DNA of 64,000 nucleotides from Takakia lepidozioides (Eukaryota; Plantae; Bryophyta): the NCBI GenBank assembly GCA_030704615.1, contig CM060732.1, positions 10,168,001 to 10,232,000 on the forward strand, given 5' to 3'. Made by a program: the position numbers and the translations under genes. The notes beneath the pieces are model-generated. The model saw nothing but the letters and a program-made list of their open reading frames with translations. It ran no database searches and was not told the DNA's origin. Below, in pieces: positions 51,734 through 63,733 of the stretch (positions within the stretch are counted from its first letter, which is position 1; the number at the start of each line of letters is the position of its first letter).

Positions 51734-52312
51734 TCACCAAGTCGACGGAACTTCGATACCCCTCAAAACAAGCTCATCACTGCTGCGGCACCTCGAGGTA
51801 AACTGCAATTCGGTCGTTCTGCTGCCCTTGCTGGAGCCGACGACAATGTCATGTCCATCAATGATACCACCATCATACATTGACAAGGTCACTGTGGGCC
51901 TCATGTGCCCGTGCGATTCGTCTTCGCAACGCAGCCGAATGTCTCCATACACTGGAAGAGCGGAGTGATCTGCACGTATATAGTTTTCCCCGGTGCCGTC
52001 CTCCCTGGTCCACTGGCAGCAGTTCCAGCGCCAAAGCGAGGCCGTGCGTGATCTATCCGGCATCCCTTTCCAGCTTGGTATATCGAGGTCAACAATTTTC
52101 AGGACCCACGGACCGCATTGACCCTCGCCCTCACCTCGCTCAAAGCGGTAATAGCCCTCCAGATACTCCATTGCGCGCAAAGACTCTTGCTTGATTCCAG
52201 CAGCGTCTGTGAAAACAGAGAGCCAGACAATGATGTCTCCTGATTCTGGTTTGAACATAGCATAATCGTGGCCATGATAAGGGCAGTCGGCTAGATTTCG
52301 GCGGCACGGCAT
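51734..52312 (-). CDS. Unknown 192-aa protein, paralog 1 of a divergent pair
   Basis: Intact ORF from MPCRRN; aligns over its full length with 52863-53426; second copy at 17258. Confidence 0.8.
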   Translation of the reverse strand: MPCRRNLADCPYHGHDYAMFKPESGDIIVWLSVFTDAAGIKQESLRAMEYLEGYYRFERGEGEGQCGPWVLKIVDLDIPSWKGMPDRSRTASLWRWNCCQWTREDGTGENYIRADHSALPVYGDIRLRCEDESHGHMRPTVTLSMYDGGIIDGHDIVVGSSKGSRTTELQFTSRCRSSDELVLRGIEVPSTW

Positions 52313-52862
52313 CCTTGAAAAAGAGTAGCGGAGTACGCTCAATGACAGCAGCTCCCGGATGGAGGAGGAGCAGCGCGGTGGCTGGAAAAAGTTCAAGATA
52401 ACGCTGCAATTCCTCACAAACACTCCAGGGCACATTTAAATTTCCCCCCTACAGGATCCTGGACCGATGAAGATTGGCTGCTGCATGAATGTAGCCGTTT
52501 CAGTTTCCTACCCTGCCATGCAAACTATGGGCAGTCACTGCCAGGTGGGCCGATAGCCACTGGACACGACGAAGTCCATCCCCTCTTCGATGTAAATGCG
52601 GCGCCGAATTTCCATCCGGGGGGATGGACTTCGGTGGCAGATCTCAAACTATAACTTGTTGATGAGAAAGATATATGGCTTCATCCACCGCTGGCGTGAT
52701 GAACACGTTCCACCTCCGTCGGTGGGTACGTGTGACCCAGATGCTCCATTATTGGAGGCCGGACTGCTCTTCCGCTTCGTATCATTTCCAAAATCTAAGG
52801 GCTTCGTAGCTGTCCGCAAGGTCATCGGCATCCAAGTCGTCCTCAGGTCCTCCTTTGCAAGG

Positions 52863-53426
52863 ATGCCGTGCTTCCGGAACCGGGACGACTGCCCCTTTGG
52901 AGGCATCGATTATGCAATGTATTCGGCCACATCGGGAGACATTGTTATGTGGTACACAGATTACACAGAAGATACTGGTTCGATTGTGGAAACATTGGTG
53001 GCTTTTGAGTATATCGTAGGCCACTACGCCTTCGAGCGGGGTGACGATCTTGGTTTGAGGAGTCCGTGGCTCCTGCGCATCCTCGATTCCGATTTTCCCA
53101 GCTACGACGGTCACCCATGCAGAAGAAGGCGCACTGCTATGCTGTTGCGGTGGAACTGCTGCCACTGGACGTGGGTGGACTCCATCGGAGAGACCTATTC
53201 TCCTCGAGGAGTGCGCTCCTCTTCTCCATTGTATGGGGACATTCGCATTGGTGTGGACGACGAAAACGTGAAGATTTCCATATTCGATGGTGGTATGATT
53301 GAAGGGCAGGACATTGTGGTGAACATCACTAGGGGCGGTACAACGGCTGCAATCGACTTTACATGGAGGAGCCCCAGGACTCATGAGCTAGTTCTGAGAG
53401 CAGTCGAAGTCCCATTGACAACGTGA
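52863..53426 (+). CDS. Unknown 187-aa protein, paralog 2 of a divergent pair
   Basis: Intact ORF from MPCFRN; shares DYAM, SGDI, FERG, PW.L.I.D, RWNCC.WT, P.YGDIR, DGG.I.G.DIVV and ELVLR..EVP. Confidence 0.8.
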   Translation: MPCFRNRDDCPFGGIDYAMYSATSGDIVMWYTDYTEDTGSIVETLVAFEYIVGHYAFERGDDLGLRSPWLLRILDSDFPSYDGHPCRRRRTAMLLRWNCCHWTWVDSIGETYSPRGVRSSSPLYGDIRIGVDDENVKISIFDGGMIEGQDIVVNITRGGTTAAIDFTWRSPRTHELVLRAVEVPLTT

Positions 53427-54228
53427 CTTGTATTCAGTAGGCACAGGGCTCAAGATTTGAGGGCACAATCAGCACAGTAGACGTGCTTCAAATGCAATTC
53501 ATGTGGATCAATAAAAACCTCATTGTGCCCTCTTTTTATTCTATTCTGTGTCCATCGTTCCGAGAATGCGTCATTGCTCATTTCGTTTGGGATTGGGAGT
53601 GTGGGTGAATTTTGCAAATGGCTGGTAGGCTGAAATGGGCCCCCATTGTACAGAGCAGTACCACCCTACCATTCGCGAAACATTGCCTTTCAATATATAA
53701 TTCTAAATAACATTGCCGAACCTCCTTCATCGGGAGGTCCTTCTCCCCCTATGACCGTGGCACCCTAAACCCTATTCCCGCGGACACTCATTTCTGGAAA
53801 ATAGTGCTGCTCATGTTTTTTTCCACACATGAAATGGTTTTCAAATATTGTGCTTCCTATTTTGTTTGGAATGGTGATGCATGGTATGGTTGGCTAGTGT
53901 GTAGAATGCATGCTAGCTTACAAAAGTGGGAGAGGTAAATTGGGTTAATCGTGTGTTTGCACAGTGCCGAAATCGGGTGACTCCCATCCAAGGGGCAAGG
54001 AAACTTGCGCCTTCTTTGGGAGTTCACATGCTAGTGCGCACCTGGCGCGTGCGCGTACTATAACTGCGCTACCGAGGGGGTTGCCTTGTAGTGCGGGCTA
54101 ACGCGGAAGCTACGTGCTTCCGTTCATGTACTATAATAGTGGGAGTCGTGGGGAGTCTTGGGACTCATCACGGTCCATAGGGGCCGTGGTGAGTGGGCCA
54201 AGACTCACCGCGACTCATCACCGGGAGT

Positions 54229-54609
54229 CGAGGGTTTTCGTGGTGGTTCGCCATAAAATGGCATGGCTGGTTGTGAAACCCCCGCGGACAGCTACAGAAG
54301 TATATATAGGGAGTAGTAACCCCGAGAACGATGCAAGCCCGTTGGTGATCAAAAACTAGTGAGTAAGCGTGCGAGCCGGAAAGCGACCAAAGAGTGGGGA
54401 GCTGTTCCGGACTGCCAACTACCAAAGGGAATTCCCGCTGGTTCCAAATCGGTGGAGGGTTCTTTGGGAGAACAAAGGGGGACCGTTATGCCCCGGTGAG
54501 CAGCCGAAGCTCTAAGTTGGCCCGGCGGCCAGGTTGGGAGTCAGGCGCGCGCATCAAAGCAAGTAACTATGACTTGAGGAGGGAGCTTACCGAAGTGAGG
54601 TGCGCGACA
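54229..54609 (+). repeat. 3' LTR segment of family B; may extend left to ~53950
   Basis: Near-identical to 39032-39412. Confidence 0.9.
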
Positions 54610-55898
54610 ATGCGAGTTTGGTTGAACCTCATGCGAAGCGCATAGAGGCTTTAAAACAGCAGATAGATGTGTATAGGCTCACAGAGGAGCAGACTCTCAG
54701 GGGTGCCACAAGCAACTTGGTGGATAACCACCTTATGCAGGTCTGGTTAGCACAAGGGCCGGTGGAGGGCAAAGCACCACGAAAGCTCACCCAAAGCGAG
54801 ATGAATGAGCTCAGACTGCAAGTGCAGAACATTGCCACAACTACTATAGATAATGTCTATAGTAGGATAGCGGAGTTACAGGAGGATGTAGACGGCCTGC
54901 AGACTCAAGTGGAGGACCTCACTTCAAGAGAGTCTGTGTACCTGAGGAACAGCTGATGGCTTCTTATTTACAAGCGAGAACTTTGGCTTTTCAGTCTTCT
55001 TCGCAGGGGGTGCAGGAGATGCCAATGGTACAAGAGCCACTGCCACCAACACCACAACAAGTCACTGTGCCAGTAGCTGACCTCTTGTTACTACAGCCAC
55101 ACCACAGCCACCACAGCCTGAGGTATGGGGGAATGCTGCTTTTAACCCACCTAAAACTCCAGCTACACGGGAGTACAGTCGGGCTATGATTATGCCCTTC
55201 AACCAAATTCCCATTGTGTTGGATTTGGCTTGGAAGGAATTTAGTCCTCCGTAGTCGTTGGCACATTACTATCAAATCATGCGCATATGGCTGCCAGTGG
55301 CAACTAGGACTAAAGTTCTTCCGAACAATCAACCAATTGAGGATCATCACTTTGCGCAGTACTGGCATGAGGCAAGTACCATGTTAAAGGAATTAATTGC
55401 TTCCAAGTTGTACATGGATTCATTTATACCAAGACCAAAGAGGTAGCAAGTATTGTCATGGGCTGCGGGTTATACTACGCTGCTTGTTTTTTGGTACGTT
55501 ATCACATTGAGCAGCAGAAGATGCAAACGCGCTTTCTGAGTTATTCCAGTGGGGATCATTGGGTCTTACCTTCAGTGCCACCTCATATGTACCTATATGA
55601 TGCAAAAGTTATGATGCAAAAAGATTCTCAGATTCGTTCATGGTTTCATGCGGCCTGGAACAATTTGTCAACACATAAATTCAGCCCTGACGATATTTTC
55701 TTTAAAGAACATGAGGCATGGAAATACTTGCACAATTCACAAGTCATTGGTACCCCACTCACCTGGACAGACAAGGAGCTCAGGGTCTTCACAATTTTGC
55801 AATTCAGCGCTTACAACAAGTTTTACAGTTTAAACTTCCAGACATGGTGGGACAACATTGTATGCCCCAGAGAATTCCAATTAGAGTTCGACAGTTAA
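54610..55898 (+). pseudogene. Extra 3' ORF region of family A (coiled coil plus Trp/His/Tyr-rich segment)
   Basis: Consecutive plus-strand ORF pieces (54600, 54956, 55258, 55458) between the nested LTR and the PPT. Confidence 0.5.
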
Positions 55899-56205
55899 AA
55901 CACCTCAAGGGGGACGAGGATTCTGATACTACTGTTTCTTCAGCGGACTCTTTGACATGGCAGAGGACTATGCAATTCAGATGGTAGAGAAGAAGCGATG
56001 GGGGTCTCCTATGCCTGAAAGATTACCTCGATATCAGCCTCCAGAGGGACTGACATATTGAGGTAGTGTTCAATCATCTCCCTCAACCAGTGACAGGACA
56101 CGGGCTCGCACACGGAGTCCTTCACGAGACTCTAACCGTCAGAAGGGTGCTCGCTCACAAAGGGTTACAAATCCCAAACAGTAAACCGTGAGGACACGGC
56201 TTTTT

Positions 56206-56219
56206 GAGAGGGGAAGGGG
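56206..56219 (+). promoter_or_regulatory. Polypurine tract
   Basis: GAGAGGGGAAGGGG, 3 nt before the 3' LTR. Confidence 0.9.
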
Positions 56220-56222
56220 TAA

Positions 56223-57221
56223 TGTTAGAGGACTGTCTGGGACTTAGGCACTTTTACGGGATCTGTGGGGTACCCTTAATTTTTGCACAGACTGAGACCA
56301 ACAGGAGCCTTAGGGGTGACAGCAGCGCATTTTAGGGGGGGTTACACAGCCCGTCACAGCCAACACAACCCGTCATAGTCCGACACAGCCGACACAGCCC
56401 GTCACAGCCAACACAGTCCATCACAGCCAACACAGCCCGTCACAGTCCGACACAGCCGACACAGCCGCCACAGCCAGACACAGCCGTCACAGCTCGACAT
56501 AGCCCGACACAGCCCAACATAGTCGCACAGCCAGTCACAGTTTCACACAGCCAGTCACAGCTTGACACAGCTGTCACGACCATAGGGAACGGATAGCAGG
56601 ACAGGGAACGATTGTGGGGAACAACATCTGCGATTGGAACATGTTAGTTCACGGATGACGGTTAGTGAGGGAAACGGTTAGAACAACGGGTAGGAAGATA
56701 AAGCCAGGAGCGAGGACTGGAAAATGATCATTTCTTGGGGGATTTCGGACATCACTAGGGAGAAATGAAGTGAAGAGAGCATCTCTGAGTAGAAAGAGGG
56801 AGAGCACGGAGTAGGAGGAGAACGATCTGTTGATGCTTGATGAATGCAAGCAGTAGAGTGGTAATGTAGAGCAGATTAGAGACTCCATGGCTTCAGCCTG
56901 ATACTTGATAGATATTAATCTGATACATACTTCATACTCACACTGTGTAGAGAGATCTGAGTGAAGCTGTGGAATGAATGGATGAGTTGATGGAATCCGA
57001 TAGATTGCTGAAGCAAACTGATACTTAAATACCAACAGTAAGGTAACTAGCTAACATGAATGCAGGAAGGAAAACAAATAGGAAACACCCCCATGATACA
57101 CTAGCTGTAGGTCATGACTGATTGTTCTGAGCGGGCTGAGTGCTTAGAGATTTCCAACTCTTCTATCTTGGAGTTCCCGCCTCGGATAGCGAAGGGATGG
57201 GTGAGTAAAAGCCGCACGACA
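56223..57221 (+). repeat. 3' LTR of family A
   Basis: Direct repeat of 24598-25578, followed by TSD GTAGT. Confidence 0.95.
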
Positions 57222-57226
57222 GTAGT

Positions 57227-59555
57227 ATAGGACTAACTGTTGCTCGGGGCTAAGCACCAAAGGGTACCATGCATGCTTGCATTGTGGTGATGATCTTGAT
57301 GCACATAGCTCCCGCCATCTTCACAAGATGGTGTATCCCAACTACCGCAAATTTCTTCCTATGAGCCATCGATGGAGAAGAAGAGAGAAACACTTGTTTG
57401 ACGACAAAGAGGAAGTACGTCCCCCCCCTATGACACCGTTCGGGCAGTTTTGGGAGGACCGATGGAAGGAGGCCCATGCGGGCACGGACGGTGAAGTGGA
57501 CTTTCAATCTTCTACGAGTTGCCATATTGGGCGGTACATATTCCACAAAAACACCGTCAATATCCTTATGCATGCATGTGATATTGCACATTTGGTATGC
57601 GTTGCATTGTCACTTTCACGTAATTTTTTTTGTGTAAGTCTTTGTGGGTGGGGATATATGTAGGACCTGAAGATTCGCCATCTTCTAGATCCCATACATA
57701 TTGAGAAGAATGTCTGCTCGTCCCTTTTTCGAGTTCTTCATGGCATGCCGACAAAGAAGGGAGTGGCTGCAAAAGGAGATTCTCTCGGTGTTAGAAAGGA
57801 GCTTGAGGAGCAGGGTCGCATGCGCCATCTATGGGCCGAACAAAATGGTGTGGACCCAAAGGGTGTTGTACGGTGGAAATATAGGCGCACACCTTGGCAA
57901 TGGACAAAGGAGGAATACAAGAAAGTGATAGCCACCATAAGTGTTGTCCGAACACCAACTGGTTATGGGTCATCCCTCCGTACGAAGTTCAGCGAAAAAG
58001 ACGGGGTCCATGGTTTGAAATCTCATGACTACCACAATCTATTGCAAGACATCTTGCCCATTGCAGTACGTGGGACATTGACTCCCGAGGTTCGTGAGAC
58101 AATCTATACATTGGGAGGCTTGTTCCGGTGGATTTGCTCCAAAGAGTTGGAAGAAGCAGATTTTCCACGCACGAAGAAGGAGGCGGCGGAGGTAATGTGT
58201 ATGTTGGAGATGCACCTTCCTCCCTCCTTCTTTGACATCCAAGTGCACTTGGTAGTGCACTTAGTGGAAGAGGCTTCGATTGTTGGCCCCGTTCATTCTC
58301 GGTGGATGTACTTCCTTGAGCGTTATATGAAGACTTTGAAAGGTTTTATAAGACAAATGACGCACCCGGAGGGTAGCACGGCGGAGGGGTATACGTTGCA
58401 AGAAGCTATGTTCTATTGCACAGAGTACATGACAAGGGTGGATGATGAATCCCTCGGATGTGGAAGGAAGAGGAGGATGCACGAACCAATGACATCGTTT
58501 TGCCCAAAAAATCGAAGAGGGTAAAATTGCCGACCTTGGTGATTGAGCAAGTGCACGACTTTATACTGAAGAACACCCCATCCATACATGAGTGGGAGAC
58601 AAGATACAATAATCTTGTTCAGCAACGAGAGGAGGAGACGCTTGCATGGAGGCGAAACCATCCAAGGCCGGTTACTAGACGCCCATGACGAGGAGCGGGC
58701 CGCCGGAATGTTCCTTCACAAAATTTGCCCATGGAATTGCAGCCTCTAAGTTCATTCCAACAATGGCTTCGGACTTCAGTTTATGACGTCGTTGCTCAAA
58801 GAGAGGTGGTTTCAGATTTGGTGCAAGACATTGCAAGGGGCCCCTCTCAATTTGTGACCTCATACACGACGGTTTGGGTTCACGGTCGTCATTTCCGAAT
58901 TCGTGCTCTTGACATGAAGCGCAAAACAACCTTTGATTCTGGCTTGAGTGCCACATATTGGCAAGACTCTGTATGGGGCAAGGGAGATACACGACCTGCT
59001 ATGAGCAAACTTGAGTACATCGGAGAGCTTGAGAGCATACTCCAACTTCAGTATACAAGGTACCGGCCTCTTCTCTTCAAGGGAAGGTGGTTCCAACCAC
59101 ATCTTGTGGGGCCCTCCGCAACACTAGTGCAAGATGATTGTGGTTTCATGCGTGTCAATGCAGATAGGCTCAACCCTACTTATCGTCCCTCCGATGAGCC
59201 TTTTTCACGGCCTTCAGACATGGAGCAAGTTTTCTTCTCCGATGACAAAACAAGAGGGGGGAATTGGAAGGTGGTTGTGCATGCTCAGCCAAGAGGAAGA
59301 CGTATCTATCATGGTCTCGGATCTCCATGGGGTGAGGCAATTGCGGTGGACGGAGAGACTGGTCATAATGATGCTGATGATGGAGATTGGGTAGAGGGGG
59401 TAGAAGAGGATGATGACGCCCTGAACAATGCATCCTGGACCCTATATGATGAAGCTCTAGAAGATACGGATGTTGGAGAAGGAGACGAAGACACGGCCAT
59501 TGACAACGAGGTGGAGGATGATTCAGAGGTGCCTTTGAGAGCGGGCCATTTATGA
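57227..59555 (+). pseudogene. CACTA TnpD-type transposase, 3' part (DUF4218/DUF4216-like)
   Basis: GYHACLHC, GLKSHDYH, FFDIQVHLVVHL, GPVHSRWMYFLERY, HPEGS, LFKGRWF, DEPF..QVFF. Confidence 0.92.
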
Positions 59556-61123
59556 CGATGACCCCATGATGAAGAAGACTTGCAGCTTGATGAGGATGAA
59601 GAGGCTCCGGATGATGATGTTCAAGTTGATTAGAAACAAAAATCAAAGCTACATAACAATTCTCGCACCGAACTGGACCCATCCCTTCGATTGATTGTAC
59701 ATGTACATGCATATTGTACTTATTTTCTATGATTCATCAAATATGGCTGTGACTGGTAGTCTTTCAAGAAAGAAGGCAGAGACAATGAATATGTTGGAGC
59801 AACACATACAGATGTGGTATCAAGAGAATTATCAAAATGAATGTCACAATCTACAAGAAGGTCCACAACAACAAGCTAAACCATAAAGAAAAACAAACAC
59901 CCTACCCAGTACCATATTTATAAAAAAAAACTAAGAACCCCTAAAGACCCTAACCCTAAATCTAGAAAGCCCTGCCGTCACCGCCTGCGACCCCCACGTG
60001 TCGCAAATTGCGACGCGTTTTCTTGGATTTATGAGGCCGGGGGTCGCAAATGGCGACGGCCAACTGCGACCGGTTTTTTGAATGGATTTATGAGGCCGGG
60101 GGTCGCAAACGGCGACAGCCAGCCGTCGCAAACTGTGACATGTTTTTTTTGTTTTGTAAGAATAGGGCAGCCGGGCAGTTTGCGACGCCTAGCCGTCGCA
60201 GTGGCCTTTTGCCCTTCATGCCACCATGCGACGGCCGGGCATCGCAAGAAAGGGCTGCAATGAAAGAGAAGACAAGAAATGGTTTTTTTTTTTTTTTTTT
60301 TTTTTTTTTCCGGCGTGCGACAACCGGCCGTCGCCAGAAAGGGTTGCCTTCTGCCCTTCGCTGGGGGCGACGCATGGGCGTCGCACGGAAGGGCTGCCAT
60401 TTTCCCTTCATCACTCCGTGCGACGGCCAGGCGTCGTCGCCTGGCCCCGGCGCCATATTTCAGTCCCGCGGGGTTTGGCTGCGACGGCCCGACGTCGCAA
60501 ACACGCTCCGCGGGGTTGGCGTCGTACGCTCGGCGCCGCACGGGGCGTGGGGGCGCGGTTGGCGTCGCAACCCCCCCCCCCCCATATTTCTGTAGTGATG
60601 GCTCATGAACTCGTGATGCTCCTCGAGTCACAGTTGCAGTAGAATAGGAGTGGCATCTGGAACATTTGCGTGATTGCCCTTGGTATGTGGACCTTCCGCC
60701 CGGCTCGCTCAACCCATCCGAGTTTCAATTGAAGCTGGATGCTGAATTCCGACGAAACCGGGCTCCGCTGCCTCCATTGGGTGCAAAAGAGGCAAAAGCG
60801 CTTGCGAACTCCAGGAAAGCGGCAGAGCTTGCTCAGGCAGGAATTCAGGAGAAATTGCATGAGAAGAGTAAAGGTCAAAGGAAAAGGACAAGGAAACATG
60901 TGACTGCAGTAACACCCAAAAAGAAGAAAACCATCGGGGCATCGGAGGAGGCGCAGGAGGGGACCCAAGAGAGTGACTCGGACGACGACTTCGTTCAAGG
61001 TCCTTTGACTGCTGTTGCTCCTACCCAGTCACCGGTCCGAGTGTTGACCCGCACATAAATCCCATGCCTCCCATGTCTCCTCCGTCAGGATGACGTTTCT
61101 GAGGAGGACCAGGAGGTGGACCC

Positions 61124-62282
61124 TCAGGTCTTGGAGCTGGTACCACGTGAGCCGTGCCATGGCAAAAAGCCTTTGCTCCAGCTACTGAAGCCGGTTGGCC
61201 ATGCCTTGGTCAACGCCTTGACCTCCTGCACGTCCTTGACCATACTGTGCTTGCCCTCGTCTTGTACCTCGTGCCTGACCACCTCGTCCTTTCTGAGGTG
61301 CTCCACCTCGCCCTCGGCCACCATTGTTCCCTTGGAACTGGCCTCGCCACAACTCAGGGTGCAAGTCATAACACTAGGCCTCTCCATGCCCATACTTGCC
61401 ACAATGCCCACACTGCAACTGTGCAGGTTGTGCTTGTGCCGGCCCTTTGCCACTCTCTGGGCAATCTTTCTTGACATGGGGTCCTCCACATGTCCAACAC
61501 ACCACCCCTGGTTGCTGTTGGCCTACAAAAGAAGCTATGTTGAGCTCAATCCGCTCAGCCAGCAGAAACACATCTGCTAATATGGGTTGGGCTGCTTGTA
61601 ACAGGGTTGCATCCCGCACTCTTCTCCTGAGCTCCTTGTCCAAAATTCCATACCAGAACAGGACTGCCTGAGCTTCAGTAACCCCTTGGGTCACACTTAT
61701 CAAGCGCCTCATACGAGTGTAGGTCTCTCGTAAGCTCTCATTGGACTTGCGCTGGAAGTCTTGCAAACTCCGCAGCTTTTCCATCCGTACTCCTTGGTAG
61801 TTCCTCCTCAATTCCTCGAAGAACTCCACAACAGGGTTGAAGGCAGGCACGCGTGTTGTAGTCATGGTAGGAGGAGTGGTAGCACCTTTAGAACTGGTAC
61901 CACCTGCAGAAGTACCGGCACCACTTGTTCCACTACTGATGCTTGCAGTTGGAGATGTTGGTGCTGATGCAGCTGCTGGTCGCGTCGTGCCTTGAGTAAT
62001 GGAGACGTAGTCAGGTGACCAATACATCCTCCACTCCTCAATCTCTGCCTCGCCTGAACTTGTGGTAATCGTCCATAGGCGGCCCCTCAAGGTGCTGAAA
62101 TAGCCCCTTCCATGCCATGAATGGCGTGAACAGCTGTGGATTGCGCATCTGCTGCAAATCACACCAGCTGTCGAACTCCTGGATAAAATCATCCAGCTCG
62201 ATTGTGCCCACAGCTCCAGAGTACCTACGAGGCCCCTTGGTAGCCATGTCGTCCCACAACAATGGTGAAAGAAACTACACAC
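61124..62282 (-). pseudogene. gag: Gag of a third LTR retrotransposon family, degraded
   Basis: YSG..LDDFIQEFDSWC, LQDFQRKSNESLRETYTRMRRL; knuckles CWTCGGPHVKKDC and CGHCGKYGHGEA*C. Confidence 0.8.
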
Positions 62283-63004
62283 ATATTGATGAAGCCTCCG
62301 AGTCTGTGTCAGACTCTACACCAGTTGAAGGTGGGGGTGAAGGTGGTCTGAACCAAACCCCTCGCCTCATGAACCCACTGACAATACTGGTGCTAGTGTT
62401 GGCCTGTCCTTCTAAACCCTCTGGCAACTCCGTGATGCCCGTTGTTATCCAAACCTGTCCACGTGACACTATAAGGCTCTATAGCTAGTTCTAACAGTGA
62501 CACGGGCGGGCACCTGTTGCGGCTTAAAAGGTCATGTCCCAATGGCTAAGGGCACCTGCACCTGCATCCACCGCAAGAACTTCTATGGTTGGCTGGTCAT
62601 CAACCCAACCTCACCATAGAAGAAACACTGGTGGTCTTGCTGGTCATCACTCCAGCCTCACCACCGACAACATACTCTAGGATTGACCGGTGATCAAATC
62701 CGGCCTAATCCCTATGAAAGCAAGCGCCCACACAAAACCAACATGGCGCACAATCAAGCAAGCAGGTGTGGGGGGGATCCAAACACAAGAAACCAAAACA
62801 TCAACACCCCCACACCAAAATCCCTCCGTAGTGTTGCTCATGCAGAATACCCCAGCCCAAAAACCCCGGACTGACTGGCCTCCACCAAGAGAGGCTTTGG
62901 CAACTACAACTACAAAGTAATGAAAATAATAAAGAGAGGGAGGGGAAGAATAGAGGCCCGAACAAGCAAGATTTAATCCTGATCTATGCTATCAATTGCC
63001 AGAC

Positions 63005-63733
63005 TTATCTCAAAGTGCCTCGCTCTGCATGATGGTAAGGTGTGGGAGGTATATCTATGTCCAGAAACCTGCCACTAACCTTATCCCAAGCTATAGTAGC
63101 TCGCTCTAACCAACCCTCCTCCTCTCTCTGCCAGGTAGAGACAAAACAATACTCCCCTATCTCCTGCTCACTGAATATTAAAGAAAATAAAGATAGGGTC
63201 TGACGGTCTCTCAACTCGAAAGCTTTGAGATGGTTGCGGGTGTCCTCGTTGCGAATGACTGCATCTCCTTCAAGTAGAACAAACTGTTCGTTGTTAATGA
63301 ACCCCCGCTCGTGGTTGCCTCATGCAGAGCGTGTCCGGCTGCAACCACGTCGGATTGCAAAAACTTGTGCAGCTCCTGCTCCTCTGCTCCAGTACACCAC
63401 GGCCTTGTGGCTGAACACCTTGGTCCCCGGGGCTGTCTTTGGCTGTGTTCCAAGCCTAGCTTCCACCCACTTTGGTATTTCATCTAAAGCTGCAGAATTG
63501 CTTGCTCCAACAGAGTTCTGACTGTCCAAAGCAATATTGAGGCCCTCAACGCCAACTACAATAATTTTCTGTCTATTGCTAATGCCTGACTCCCAGTATG
63601 CATTCAACTCGTCCAATTGCTCTCCACTCAAATCAGTCTGAGTTCCTTGAGCAACATAAATCTTGTCTCCTTGTGTGCACAGGCTAAGGGAAGAGACCTG
63701 CCCTTCAATTACGTCCTCATTGCCCCCAGCCAT
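63005..63733 (-). pseudogene. Unknown ORF with one internal stop, upstream of the minus-strand gag
   Basis: ORFs 63320-63733 and 63005-63214 are in the same frame and separated by a single TGA. Confidence 0.45.

Larger units (their letters stand above)
39032..54609 (+). mobile_element. Chromovirus-type Ty3/Gypsy element (family B), rearranged and interrupted
   Basis: 381-bp LTR segments 39032-39412 and 54229-54609 both end GCGCGACA; initiator-Met PBS; gag-pol; chromodomain. The 5' LTR is truncated, so no TSD is visible. Confidence 0.88.
24598..57221 (+). mobile_element. Full-span Ty3/Gypsy LTR retrotransposon (family A, non-chromovirus) with nested insertions
   Basis: Two LTRs, 5-bp TSD GTAGT (24593-24597 and 57222-57226), PBS, PPT, and gag-PR-RT-RH-INT order. 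Confidence 0.95.
19700..60597 (+). mobile_element. CACTA/EnSpm element carrying a SET ORF and a TnpD-type transposase, split by the Gypsy insertion; left TIR not found
   Basis: Right TIR ...ATTTCTGTAGTG ends at 60597. GCGAC/GTCGC motifs at 19720-19945 and 59975-60570. Segment 19910-20049 is an inverted copy of 59881-59995. The transposase is continuous across the GTAGT TSD. Confidence 0.85.
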
